A DNA stretch of 64,000 bases from an uncultured virus (IMG/VR IMGVR_UViG_2806310815_000005) (Duplodnaviria; Heunggongvirae; Uroviricota; Caudoviricetes): IMG/VR virus record IMGVR_UViG_2806310815_000005; one strand, given 5' to 3'. Under the pieces are notes generated by a model. The model had not been told where the DNA came from and did not search any database. It saw nothing but the letters and a program-made list of their open reading frames with translations. Positions 32,901 to 41,019 of the stretch are shown piece by piece. A program made the position numbers and the translations under genes. Numbering within the stretch: the stretch's first letter is position 1; each line of letters starts with the position of its first letter.

Positions 32901-33564
32901 TAACAACACAGAGTTACCTCAAATAAGCAATGAAGCTGTACTATATAATAAGAATTTACGAGGTTTAACAGATTTACAAACACAGTTTGTAGCTGATTTC
33001 AATAAAGAGATTGTTGATAACAAACAACGTAATACAACAGAGTATCAAGAATTTTATAGTAAGTTTAAGATAAATTCAAAAGGTATTGTGCTAAAATCAA
33101 CAGACCCCCTAACTATGGCTCAAATTAAACCGTATTTAAAAGGTAAGATAAACACATACCTTCAAATCACAAACCAAATACCCGTTCAAGGTGAAGTAGA
33201 TTTTATAGATAGAAATATAAAAAGATCATATTATTTGGATAATCCAAAATCTTTACCTATTTTTACCGAAAATTACGAAAGATTAAATGATGTTACATTA
33301 CTTAGTAAAGCATCTGAAGATTTTATACGAGTAGGTACTAGACTCTACGAAAATACAGAAACTTTAGGGGACTACAATTTTTACTCGGAGTTACCTATCA
33401 GAAGTGGATTAAAAACATATGAATTAGAAACTAAAACCCCAAAACTAGATATTGATTTAAACGATTATAATCACTTAGTACAGCCAGAATCAAATACAAA
33501 AGTAAGCAACAAATACTCAAAAGATGTTGAACAAGAAATTGATAAGGATATGGAGTGCAGTTAA
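26950..33564 (+). CDS. giant putative ejection protein with hydrophobic Gly/Ala-rich segments (2204 aa)
   Basis: N-terminal third has membrane-compatible segments (e.g. GIGIGMIVGLFGAGIS) and EGVVEEGGQ; coiled coils; ends in ECS. Confidence 0.6.
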   Translation: MLDNNISSNNTTLDSVETSIKDKYPIQGSQPKKAIFNGADYLRAKDAGKIDLSPANIKQEEIYTPLSSGEMVSKYPTYIQGLDNEQRLAQQQSTAEKWGNGLLKLGGKTLTAVAGGTLGVVEGVINGVSEGSLEATYNSDFSKWLDDLNTKMDYNLPNYYTQQEKDAGFVESLGTANFWANDLTEGLSFTLGTIVSEGIWAYATGGSSLLAKGFLGNTARWGSKALSKGDSLKALSKYKDIVRPLIATGDKAAVANARQAYTRGLKLSQMADNARFLATSAGYEAGVESRHYIKSTTENWLNNYEDLNGKPPSQEEITRFQSELQDTANAIFGANLALVGSSNLAVFGNILKGTPINQTVKNSVFKNKILGVGYKTTEAGKKVALEATKAQKIARKAYVFGKYSLLEGVVEEGGQGVFTATGENYMLDTYKTENINDSISMADSMIKGFEESYGTKQGRKGIGIGMIVGLFGAGISTRGRFDESSAEQKEIEQLVEYSNAVTNDLVLERIKANSRIKNANDKLTKAQRDGNVIEETLAQNEMLYAKAIRDIRLGGLEAGYADFEAYLNKTSDEEILNTTGETNADEYRAKALEEYKRVGNVAQQNLNFAENMLGTTPLAGDTSESNVKTIAEAVAYNMTMLDVSGNITSNIAQNLKELIAENLDVDLANTVSVEQALKNVGKERYNEYKTARKKVELSQQKIDKLNTQILNTQTAFESENTEGKAQKLNELNKELVAEQQRLEQLNQEKEVAFRLSNIPNLSNGEVTMDMLDSQQQNLQRLEKGLTVISPQNKELANNLFKRYEDAVKKEAAYGATVEVILDPKSRASHLNGWLSKLANKNKNLPDTIKRLIEDNTNSYEENQIRAVENTTNDQNEAVTEVVDDAENDAVNQKTSIENQEQLIDNFIKEQDYLTKYLGEDIKNNKSIDQKDVERYNELLGKASTDPQQIVREPFQEGRGLTEEETQELKDLNRKLNDWQTIKGSGIADELDLLEQLKKQVNAEQTSPKTTVQNIVKAGDGQNASGAGDYNSNVNTIQNPSEKGIKYNKTDNTWELVHTKPESLTEIIPDSTLEGDLSGEVGTEFTLTKGDNTVKFKVTEYNRLSANREAFDKVLEGSGTTILNFETSNYMPLYRDGVPLQGDFGFVIDGEAFVLDEGAAYDLKPEDTLIAELNLKDEFNKKLLEDYRAGKITKKELTDRLSIQVKPKNNPNTRLGVLRGLGEKNSNSPSVAAMAQLRDSLLEKIDKRDSDIIDLGINIPVNKILIGSPNVRLNQDGNPQTIAFNSDSIKQVVATGYTVAGNFDPEAAQGSTVRLNKELKDVKDVYVRRVAEMPENQGKKIPTVVFKYRNTLIAFPVDLIETETALAEQGNDILDLNISSSQKATKFVKLLQDNKLNPSDFNINFAQEGWENTSQTQNALDALGSVTSFADVESWRQKGFNPVNLIDQAEISVDLTNKPLLSGKVVIRLEDRTPYDDRVVRQKYKNRIEQERIDLTEELSQEAIDIDNQFQNTDELGLTVKEEDSEFLIAIQDEGTIKTPTTDVEKRSNANKLRNALTKSIPRKIRNIIGSEKIKELRDKFRKLDKLQEQESEIPTEIFPLSDTQINQLTMSLASTPFNTSEDLFFALRKAFITPTGFNPTVESMVESGLYNQVEAETLFANTDKMEEIKTLIDQLNVTEEIIESNFTQDERFISNNGSLDIIGKLETSNSYVNKQEALDLLGGIKDRQIFEDELNKSDLDYLKDSYDRTKGTDEDIFIEFSMYDRVPVRSEATEAQQMLEETLTPDEAPQELLDVLDTIIGINTNTTTLSNSEIAVITNETLEIAKTAGLDLLNLRGESLENLKPLFTSLADFLQFQDERSFNNFLVEYNKINNLPQVETELVIVNEVNRNTNGMVYYETNETTYEVFENEGLVPLGDNVYKQVQDKTLDVLYTEVSQQTGQSIQELRNQVIEESKFIEKPEEYSSETLEIITLHRIQNQGVINNNTELPQISNEAVLYNKNLRGLTDLQTQFVADFNKEIVDNKQRNTTEYQEFYSKFKINSKGIVLKSTDPLTMAQIKPYLKGKINTYLQITNQIPVQGEVDFIDRNIKRSYYLDNPKSLPIFTENYERLNDVTLLSKASEDFIRVGTRLYENTETLGDYNFYSELPIRSGLKTYELETKTPKLDIDLNDYNHLVQPESNTKVSNKYSKDVEQEIDKDMECS

Positions 33565-33575
33565 AAATCAATACT

Positions 33576-33704
33576 ATGAAAAACGAAGATCAACAAGAAT
33601 TAGATTATAACCACTGTCATACAGTGTGTCAAGATTTAATGGAAACAATAGAAAAAATTGAACAGAGAATTAAAAATACTGAAGTATACAAAAGGTTTGA
33701 ATAA
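33576..33704 (+). CDS. small hypothetical protein (42 aa)
   Basis: ATG AAA AAC GAA...TTT GAA TAA read directly; below the track cut-off. Confidence 0.35.
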   Translation: MKNEDQQELDYNHCHTVCQDLMETIEKIEQRIKNTEVYKRFE

Positions 33705-33960
33705 CTACGGACTGTATCCTACACTAAGTCTTTTAAAAGAATATGAGGAAAAGGAGTTGTATGAAGAATGCGCTGTGATATTAGCCGCTGTGGAGCAAAA
33801 ATTCAAAGATTCAAATCTGTTTCCAAACAATAAATTTCCAACTAAAATAGAACAGTTCTCAGAAGAACAGTATAAAAAAATGTTTGATAGCTTTGGTCTT
33901 GAGGGAGATGTTGCTCTAAAGAATAATTCTTACTACATAGCTGAAATTAAAAAATTATAG
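33658..33960 (+). CDS. hypothetical protein (100 aa)
   Basis: ORF track; TTG start; ends 2 nt before the next ATG. Confidence 0.55.
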   Translation: MNRELKILKYTKGLNNYGLYPTLSLLKEYEEKELYEECAVILAAVEQKFKDSNLFPNNKFPTKIEQFSEEQYKKMFDSFGLEGDVALKNNSYYIAEIKKL

Positions 33961-33962
33961 AA

Positions 33963-36900
33963 ATGCCTTGTAAAATAAAAAGAAACCAAAATAACGAAAT
34001 TGTAAATGTACTAGACTCTCAAGGAATTGAGAGTTCTCTTTATAAAAGTATAGCAAAACACCCTCTAGTTCAATCTAACGAAGAGGCATTAAATATATAT
34101 AAGAATTCACAATTACCTAAGATAGGAGAAGATGCAACTTTAGTGCATAAAGTAGGGGATATAACCACAACTTCTTACAGGGAAGCACTACAAGCCGCAA
34201 AGCCAGGAGACGATATAAAAATAGGGTTACAAAATACACAAGGAGAGTATTTTAATATAATCACCACAGAAAAAACCACTAATAAAAATACAGTAGAGGG
34301 TTTTACTAACTTTTATATAGAAAGCGGTATTTTAAATGAAGATAAAAAGCGTGTAGGAAATGATTATCATTTTCAGCCAAAAGGTCAGGATGAACTAGCC
34401 CGATCTATTAATTCTCAAATACTAAGAGAAGATGCAAAAGCATTTTTAGGTACAGAGGGGTTAACAGAAGGTTTTGAAACTTTTCAGTTTGATAAGACTA
34501 TGAATACAATTATGCTTCAAACTAAAAATGGTGAGGAGCGTATATCTTATGAGCAATTAGACCAAATGACACCTCAAGAGGTAAAAAGAAAGTTTGATAA
34601 TCCCGACTTAATCTTACTTGAAAGAGAGTTATATAAAAACCAACCTGCGTATAGAAATACTACTTTTACTAATCAAGCACCAACAAGAACAGAGAAAGAG
34701 TTACAAAAATCATTGCTGTCACTGCTCTCTAAGTTGGGAGTTACTACTATGGGTATATCTGAGTATATGTCTAAGTATCAAGCAAGAAACGGGGTTAATC
34801 CTAATGCAGAGGCTTTAGCTGACATAGCTAACCAAGTTATTGCTTACTCACAAGGAGAGATATCAATAGAAAACTTAACAGAAGAAACAGCTCACTTTAT
34901 AGCTGAGGCTATGCCTATTGAACAGACACAAGATATTCTACGTAATATACATAGAACACAAGAGTATGCAGAATACGCAGATAGATACAGAGAAATTTAC
35001 CGCTCAGAGTATAACGAGGCAGACTTAGAAGATGCTGTAAGAAGAGAGGTTCTAGGTAAGGTTATTGTAAACAGTATAAAAAATAACTTCTCAACAGAGA
35101 ATAAAACAGGTACACAAGTAGGTATTATAAACCGTATAAAGCAAGTTTTTGACAGTGTAATAGATACTGTTAGAAATATGTTTAAACCTCTTTATAGACA
35201 AGAATTAGACGTATATTTAGAAGATATAAATAGAATCATTCAAAGTAAAGACATCACCACACTAAATACGGATAATTTTAAATTCAACAAACACAGACTT
35301 TATAGTGTAAGTAAAAAGTCACCTCTTACAAAATCAATAGAAAAAGCTATTGAAGGCGTAAATCAACAAATGCAAGCTTTATCTTCTGAAAGTGGTATGA
35401 AAGGTCAAAAAAGAGGTAAGCTAGTTCGCCTAGAAGAAGATTTAAATAACAAGGAATCTTTAAAGGCAGTATCCTCAGTTATAGATATGGCTAAAAATGA
35501 CATTCGTTATTTAAAAGCGTCTATAAAAGATTCAAAAGATAATAATAAAAGCTACACCCTATCTACTGAGGAAAGTATTGTATTTAGTTATCTAAACGGT
35601 ATTATTAAAGGGTCTTTAAATGAACTTATTGCCACAACAAACAGAACTAATATAAAAGAAACAGGTCTTGCTAACTCTATTTCCGATTTTAAAAAATGGG
35701 AACAGGTAAACTCTGACGTAAAAGAAACTATAGGGGACATTGAAGAAATATCCAGTGAAATATCACAAGCCAAAAAACAACAAATAGAAAGAATTGTTGA
35801 TGATTTAATTAGGGTTAATAATTTTTCAGAAAGAAATAGAGAGGATTATATTAAATGGGCAGAAAAAGCAGAAAATGACACTAATTACATTCACGCTACT
35901 TTTGGAGCTTTAGCACACTCTCAAGATGGTATGCTTAGAACTTTAGACTACCTAATTAGAAAAATACATAATCAAACAGATAGTAATTTTACAAGAGAAA
36001 ACAACAGAATAAATAAGGTTTTACGTGATTTAGGTTTTGACACATCTTATTGGAGATCGCTTATTGACGGTAGCTACATAATAAACGAGTACAACCAAGA
36101 GCTTCACGATAAGTATACAAATGAAGTAGGGGTAGTATACGCCTACAAAAAAGCAGTACCTAAAACAAATCTGAAAGATTCTGAGATTATTGAGAGATTT
36201 AAAGAAGGAAATATAGAGCTTAACCTATCTACTGACCAAGCTAACGAATTTGCTCAACAAAAAAGAAATTGGGATTACGCTATAAGTGAGAGACCAATGA
36301 CTGAGGAGTACTATAAAAACTACGAAAAAAGGTTAGATCAAGCAGGTATAAAAGGAGTGTCTAAAGAAGCTCTTAGGAACTACTATTCCGATATGTCTAA
36401 AATGAAACAGAAGGCTTTGAACAGTAAGGGTCAAATTGATATGACTTTACTTTCTGAGGCTGAACGTGTTTTATGGAGACAGCTTACAGAGAACAGACAG
36501 TCTATGAAGAACTATACTGATGAAAACGGTGTACCTAAAAATGGATTGAGATATGTTGAGGTTAATGGGCAAATTCAAACTAATGAGAATGGAGCTCCTT
36601 TATTTGAACCTACATTTGATGTAAATGATGAAAACCTTCACAAAGAATACCGTGATGCTATAATCGCATTAGACATAAATAAGTTAGATGAACTTAACAT
36701 CGCTGAAAGGAAGAAGAGCGAACAAGAAGGCATAGAACCACTACCACAAGGTTTTATAGATGGTTTGAGAGTAGCAGAAGCACAAGGAGGCGAGGCTTTA
36801 GTTGAGTTTTTAAAATCTAATGCTTATATTGGTATGTCTAACGATTACTGGAATAACCTAGAAACATCTGATTCGTTAGTTGAAAGACTTAGAAATGAGG

Positions 36901-39680
36901 GTAGTGATGAGGCAATTTCTTTATCTAACAACCTTTTAAAAGCAAAAACACAGCTTAAAAATATACTAAAAACACACGCAAATAAAAATCAACCCACTGA
37001 AATAGATGGAAATGCTTTATCTAATACAGCAAAAGATACAGTAAGAACTATACAAACCGTATTAGACGGATATTACAGAGAAGCAAATTCAATATTAAAT
37101 GATGAAGGCAACTTTTCTTCGGATTCAATACTTACAGCAAATGATGCTTGGTTAGATCACATCGACAATTTAGGTATAGAAACAGCAGAAGAAGAATTTG
37201 ATGCAGCTAAAAAACATATGACAGCTACATCTGTGGATAGAACCAATTCTGACTTCTATACTATGGGTGCAAGAGCTAAAGAAGGAAAGCTTCAACCTAG
37301 TTTACAAGAAATATATGATACAACACCAGGGACAGATGCTCAAAAATTAGAGAGAACTAAAAAAGAGTTAGTCAGAAGACGGTTGCTTCCATATTATAAA
37401 AAATATACCTCGGTACAATACGAGAACTTTATAAATACGGTTGGTTCAGGAGGATCGGTTGAAGTAAATGGTAAATTGCTTTCTATGACTGACTATATAG
37501 ACTACGTATCAAAACAAAATGTAATAAGTATAAAACCAAACTACTCATTTTTTGATAGTAATAATAGTGCTGATGTAAACCCTAATTATAATAAAGGATA
37601 TAGAGGTGGTTATCTACAGCCTAAAAAAGGAAATATAAAATTGCCAAATGGAGACACTGTAAATTTTGAGAATAACACTTTTAAGCAACGATTTGCAGAT
37701 AAAAACTCAAAAGATTACAAAGCATATCAAGCTGTAATGGATTTCCACATTCAAAATTTAGATAGAATGGGTGTAGGGAGATCTTACAATGTATACTTAA
37801 AACCACAGTTTAGACAAGATACAGTAGAACGTGTAAATAAAACAATAAAAGACCCAAAAAGAATTGGATTGGCGTTTAAAGAAGCTTTTACTTTTACAGA
37901 AGATGACCAAGTAAAAGGTGATACAACTTATGGAGGTATAGAAAAAGTAATACCTAAAAGAGGTATTTATAAAATAGAAGATCAAAACGATGTTTCAAAT
38001 GATCTTTATAATACTATGAATATGATTGCTTATGAATCATTCTTAAGAGAGCAGCGTATTAACACTTATAGTGATGTAATGGCGGTTATGGATTCCATTG
38101 AAACTAGAGCAACAGTTAAGGATAAGAAAAACGACTCTACCAATGCTTATAAAATGGCTACAAGTGCAGTAGATAATTCACTATTTGGAATTAGAGAGCA
38201 GGTTACTTACGAAATAAATCTTCCATTTACAGATAAAAAAATGGATGTTGCAAAAGTAGGTAAGCAGTTATTATCTTATGTTAAGACACGTAATTTAGGG
38301 TTTAACGTAATTATCCCTATGACTTCGTTAATTACAGGTACAGCACAAAGAATAATTGAAACAAAAGTAGGGGAATTCTTGGAAAGCCGCTCTCAAAAAC
38401 TAGGTACAAAAGAGTTCTTTAAAATAGCAGGAGAGTCTGCAAAAGATTTTGGTAGTTTAAACCCAAAAGGAAAACTAAATGTACTTGGTCAAGTATTTGG
38501 TTCATTCGATTTAAAAGAGTCATTTAAAAACTCTAGTTATGGGATATTATCTAGAACGCTGCCTAGGATCGGTATGGGATTACACACCCTATCAAACTTT
38601 CCTCTGTATGGTAAGGCTATGTTAGGAGTCCTGCACGACTTTAGATTAGTAGAGCAACCCGATGGAAGTACAAAAATGATGAGGTGGTACGACTATAAAA
38701 TCGCCCAAATGAGAGAAGGTAAAACCACAAAAGAAGCTAAAGCGCAGTGGGGTACTATGGAGGCAGATGTAATCTATAATTATATAGAAGTAGTTGACGG
38801 ACAGTTTAATTTTAAAAAGCAATTAGAAGAAAAACTAACCGATTACAACGAAAAAGAGGTGATAGACCGATTAACAAACCACATAACTTCTGTAAATGAG
38901 AGAATCGACGGTCAGATGAATAATAATGACAGAAACTTAGCGTCAAGAGACTACCGTTTAAACTTCTTTAACACACACAGAAACTACTTTTGGCTTGCAT
39001 TATCACATAGATTTAAATCAAAAAGTAATAACCCTTTGACAGGAAAACTAGAAGAAGGAAGTTATATTACATTTTTTAAAGCCGCTAAAGACTATTTAAA
39101 CAACTTTAAAGAGTTAGGAGCAACCAACTTAATAAAAGGATTTAAAAAAGTATGGGATGATGCAGGAGTAGATCCAAAAACAGGAGAGATAGATTTTGAA
39201 CAGAGAGAACTAGTTAGAACAAACTTAAAAAGAATCGGTATTGAGTGGGCTATACTTCAAGTAACACTTCTAACAGGACTACTACTATCACAGATTGGTG
39301 GGGATGAGGATGATCCGTATATTTTAAAAAATTTAAATCTCCTCAACGCTCGTCTCAACAATGAATTAAACTCGGTACAAACGGGAATAGTTGGGTCTGC
39401 TTATGAAACCTTAAAAACACCTTTCGTTGGATTAGATACCGTCACGAATCTTGCTAATGTGCCTGATCTGCTTAATGACGAAGAAATAAAACACGGAAGT
39501 TATAGAGGTATGAATAAGAGGGAGAGATGGTTACTTAAACAAACACCAGGAGCAAAGTCTATGAGAGACTTAACAGAATTAACTCAAACAGTTAATACTT
39601 ATAATTTCTATAATGAGAAGTCTTACGATAACCCTTTAAACCCTATACATTATTTCATAAGTAAAAATTTGGAAGAGTAA
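33963..39680 (+). CDS. giant putative virion protein with degenerate zincin-like motif (1905 aa)
   Basis: LTEETAHF...REVLGK is an HExxH-like (EExxH) zincin pattern; starts MPCK; hydrophobic segment near the C-terminus. Confidence 0.6.
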   Translation: MPCKIKRNQNNEIVNVLDSQGIESSLYKSIAKHPLVQSNEEALNIYKNSQLPKIGEDATLVHKVGDITTTSYREALQAAKPGDDIKIGLQNTQGEYFNIITTEKTTNKNTVEGFTNFYIESGILNEDKKRVGNDYHFQPKGQDELARSINSQILREDAKAFLGTEGLTEGFETFQFDKTMNTIMLQTKNGEERISYEQLDQMTPQEVKRKFDNPDLILLERELYKNQPAYRNTTFTNQAPTRTEKELQKSLLSLLSKLGVTTMGISEYMSKYQARNGVNPNAEALADIANQVIAYSQGEISIENLTEETAHFIAEAMPIEQTQDILRNIHRTQEYAEYADRYREIYRSEYNEADLEDAVRREVLGKVIVNSIKNNFSTENKTGTQVGIINRIKQVFDSVIDTVRNMFKPLYRQELDVYLEDINRIIQSKDITTLNTDNFKFNKHRLYSVSKKSPLTKSIEKAIEGVNQQMQALSSESGMKGQKRGKLVRLEEDLNNKESLKAVSSVIDMAKNDIRYLKASIKDSKDNNKSYTLSTEESIVFSYLNGIIKGSLNELIATTNRTNIKETGLANSISDFKKWEQVNSDVKETIGDIEEISSEISQAKKQQIERIVDDLIRVNNFSERNREDYIKWAEKAENDTNYIHATFGALAHSQDGMLRTLDYLIRKIHNQTDSNFTRENNRINKVLRDLGFDTSYWRSLIDGSYIINEYNQELHDKYTNEVGVVYAYKKAVPKTNLKDSEIIERFKEGNIELNLSTDQANEFAQQKRNWDYAISERPMTEEYYKNYEKRLDQAGIKGVSKEALRNYYSDMSKMKQKALNSKGQIDMTLLSEAERVLWRQLTENRQSMKNYTDENGVPKNGLRYVEVNGQIQTNENGAPLFEPTFDVNDENLHKEYRDAIIALDINKLDELNIAERKKSEQEGIEPLPQGFIDGLRVAEAQGGEALVEFLKSNAYIGMSNDYWNNLETSDSLVERLRNEGSDEAISLSNNLLKAKTQLKNILKTHANKNQPTEIDGNALSNTAKDTVRTIQTVLDGYYREANSILNDEGNFSSDSILTANDAWLDHIDNLGIETAEEEFDAAKKHMTATSVDRTNSDFYTMGARAKEGKLQPSLQEIYDTTPGTDAQKLERTKKELVRRRLLPYYKKYTSVQYENFINTVGSGGSVEVNGKLLSMTDYIDYVSKQNVISIKPNYSFFDSNNSADVNPNYNKGYRGGYLQPKKGNIKLPNGDTVNFENNTFKQRFADKNSKDYKAYQAVMDFHIQNLDRMGVGRSYNVYLKPQFRQDTVERVNKTIKDPKRIGLAFKEAFTFTEDDQVKGDTTYGGIEKVIPKRGIYKIEDQNDVSNDLYNTMNMIAYESFLREQRINTYSDVMAVMDSIETRATVKDKKNDSTNAYKMATSAVDNSLFGIREQVTYEINLPFTDKKMDVAKVGKQLLSYVKTRNLGFNVIIPMTSLITGTAQRIIETKVGEFLESRSQKLGTKEFFKIAGESAKDFGSLNPKGKLNVLGQVFGSFDLKESFKNSSYGILSRTLPRIGMGLHTLSNFPLYGKAMLGVLHDFRLVEQPDGSTKMMRWYDYKIAQMREGKTTKEAKAQWGTMEADVIYNYIEVVDGQFNFKKQLEEKLTDYNEKEVIDRLTNHITSVNERIDGQMNNNDRNLASRDYRLNFFNTHRNYFWLALSHRFKSKSNNPLTGKLEEGSYITFFKAAKDYLNNFKELGATNLIKGFKKVWDDAGVDPKTGEIDFEQRELVRTNLKRIGIEWAILQVTLLTGLLLSQIGGDEDDPYILKNLNLLNARLNNELNSVQTGIVGSAYETLKTPFVGLDTVTNLANVPDLLNDEEIKHGSYRGMNKRERWLLKQTPGAKSMRDLTELTQTVNTYNFYNEKSYDNPLNPIHYFISKNLEE

Positions 39681-39699
39681 AAAACTGTTAAATATTTTA

Positions 39700-39735
39700 A
39701 AAAGCTCTGCGTTAATTTGTAGGGCTTTTATTTTT
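39700..39735 (+). terminator. intrinsic terminator ending the structural block
   Basis: AAAAGCTCTGC-loop-GTAGGGCTTTT followed by ATTTTT. Confidence 0.7.
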
Positions 39736-39747
39736 GCCGTATTTTTG
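39716..39747 (+). promoter_or_regulatory. Bacteroidota-type promoter (-33 TTTG, -7 TATTTTTG)
   Basis: TTTG 39716-39719, 20-nt spacer, TATTTTTG 39740-39747, about 20 nt before the next ATG. Confidence 0.6.
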
Positions 39748-39766
39748 TTGAAAATAACTTATAAAG

Positions 39767-40078
39767 ATGAAGTCAAAAATTTTAGGAGTAATCACAGGTC
39801 GATACCCTTTAGGATGTCAAGCGTACTCCATAGATGCAGAAACAGGTAAAATAATAGCCTCACATTTTTGCAGTAATGAAGTATTTGCAAAAAGCGATTT
39901 AGGTTTTACAGAACCAAGTTTTACAAGGTTACTAAATGAACCACATTCCACAGAAGGTTTTAATAGAGAAAGGAGAGACACCTACTCAAAACTATACCCT
40001 AATGGATATACTCTTGAATGGGTAGGTAACATAGAAAATGTAGATGGTTTAGCAGAGCTATTTAATCAAAATAATTAG
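39767..40078 (+). CDS. hypothetical protein (103 aa)
   Basis: ORF track; follows a promoter. Confidence 0.65.
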   Translation: MKSKILGVITGRYPLGCQAYSIDAETGKIIASHFCSNEVFAKSDLGFTEPSFTRLLNEPHSTEGFNRERRDTYSKLYPNGYTLEWVGNIENVDGLAELFNQNN

Positions 40079-40082
40079 AGTA

Positions 40083-40373
40083 ATGGAATTAGGACAAAAA
40101 GTAAAATTTGACAAAAAATACAAAAGAGTTCATTCAGTAGCTGGAGAAAATGGTTTTCAAAAAGTTTGGTCGGAAAAAGACATAAAAGAAACAGAAGGTG
40201 TGTTTGTAGGAGTAAGAAACTTAGTAAACAGTTATCTTGAAGAACACGAAGATTTTTCAGAATTTGAGTACTACCACGATGTTATAAATAAAGTAGAAGG
40301 GCAGTGCGCTTTAATAGCAGTTAGTAAAGCTCAATTAGTAAAAGTACCAATTAACAATTTAAAAACAGTTTAG
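40083..40373 (+). CDS. hypothetical protein (96 aa)
   Basis: ORF track; operon spacing. Confidence 0.65.
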   Translation: MELGQKVKFDKKYKRVHSVAGENGFQKVWSEKDIKETEGVFVGVRNLVNSYLEEHEDFSEFEYYHDVINKVEGQCALIAVSKAQLVKVPINNLKTV

Positions 40374-40375
40374 TA

Positions 40376-40558
40376 ATGGAGTGGATAAATGTTAAAAAAC
40401 CTTTTTCAGAATATGGGTTTTTATATAAGACTGTAAACGGTAAAATAGGCGTAAGTATGAATAGAAAGTTAGATGATTGGTTCATAAACAAATATGCTGT
40501 CCAATACTATATACCCATATTAAATATACTTAGCTTACCTCATAGCGATAAATTATGA
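40376..40558 (+). CDS. hypothetical protein (60 aa)
   Basis: ORF track; ATGA overlap with the next gene. Confidence 0.55.
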   Translation: MEWINVKKPFSEYGFLYKTVNGKIGVSMNRKLDDWFINKYAVQYYIPILNILSLPHSDKL

Positions 40559-40950
40559 ATAAAATCAGCTTCGATTATGATAGTACTTTGGATAAGCAAT
40601 ACATACAAGACTTTGCAAGAAGTTTAATTATAAAAGGTTTTGATGTTTGGGTATGTACTAGCAGGTGGGACGATGAAACCGCCGCAGAAAAAGGCCATAA
40701 AGATTGGAATAAAGACCTATTCAAAGTAACAGACAGTTTAGGTATACCAAGAGAAAAAATAATTTTCACTAATTACGAACTCAAATCAAAATTCTTAAAA
40801 GACAAAGGATTTATATTACACTTAGACGATGATTGGGTAGAACTAAATCACATAAACAATGAGACAAATATAGTAGGTATTTCCGTGTTTGGAGGAAACT
40901 CTTGGAAAAATAAGGTTAAAAAAATTTTAAGTACTTTGGATATTAAATAA
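40555..40950 (+). CDS. HAD-superfamily phosphatase (131 aa)
   Basis: Motif I ISFDYDSTL, motif II VCTSR, a Lys (motif III) and motif IV HLDDD. Confidence 0.75.
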   Translation: MNKISFDYDSTLDKQYIQDFARSLIIKGFDVWVCTSRWDDETAAEKGHKDWNKDLFKVTDSLGIPREKIIFTNYELKSKFLKDKGFILHLDDDWVELNHINNETNIVGISVFGGNSWKNKVKKILSTLDIK

Positions 40951-40958
40951 ATAAGTCA

Positions 40959-40966
40959 TATATTTG
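40959..40966 (+). promoter_or_regulatory. Bacteroidota-type -7 element for the interrupted membrane gene
   Basis: TATATTTG about 30 nt upstream of ATG 40996, with TTTG near 40935. Confidence 0.55.
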
Positions 40967-41019
40967 CATATTAACAACATTAAAACTTAGAAAAAATGTT
41001 AGGAACACTTTTAACTTAT

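Noticed and set aside
3115..37985. Many 60-110 aa antisense or alternate-frame ORFs within the structural genes
   Set aside because: They are shadows of long, codon-biased ORFs with no independent signals. Only 20778-20975 was kept because it occupies an intergenic gap and has a promoter.
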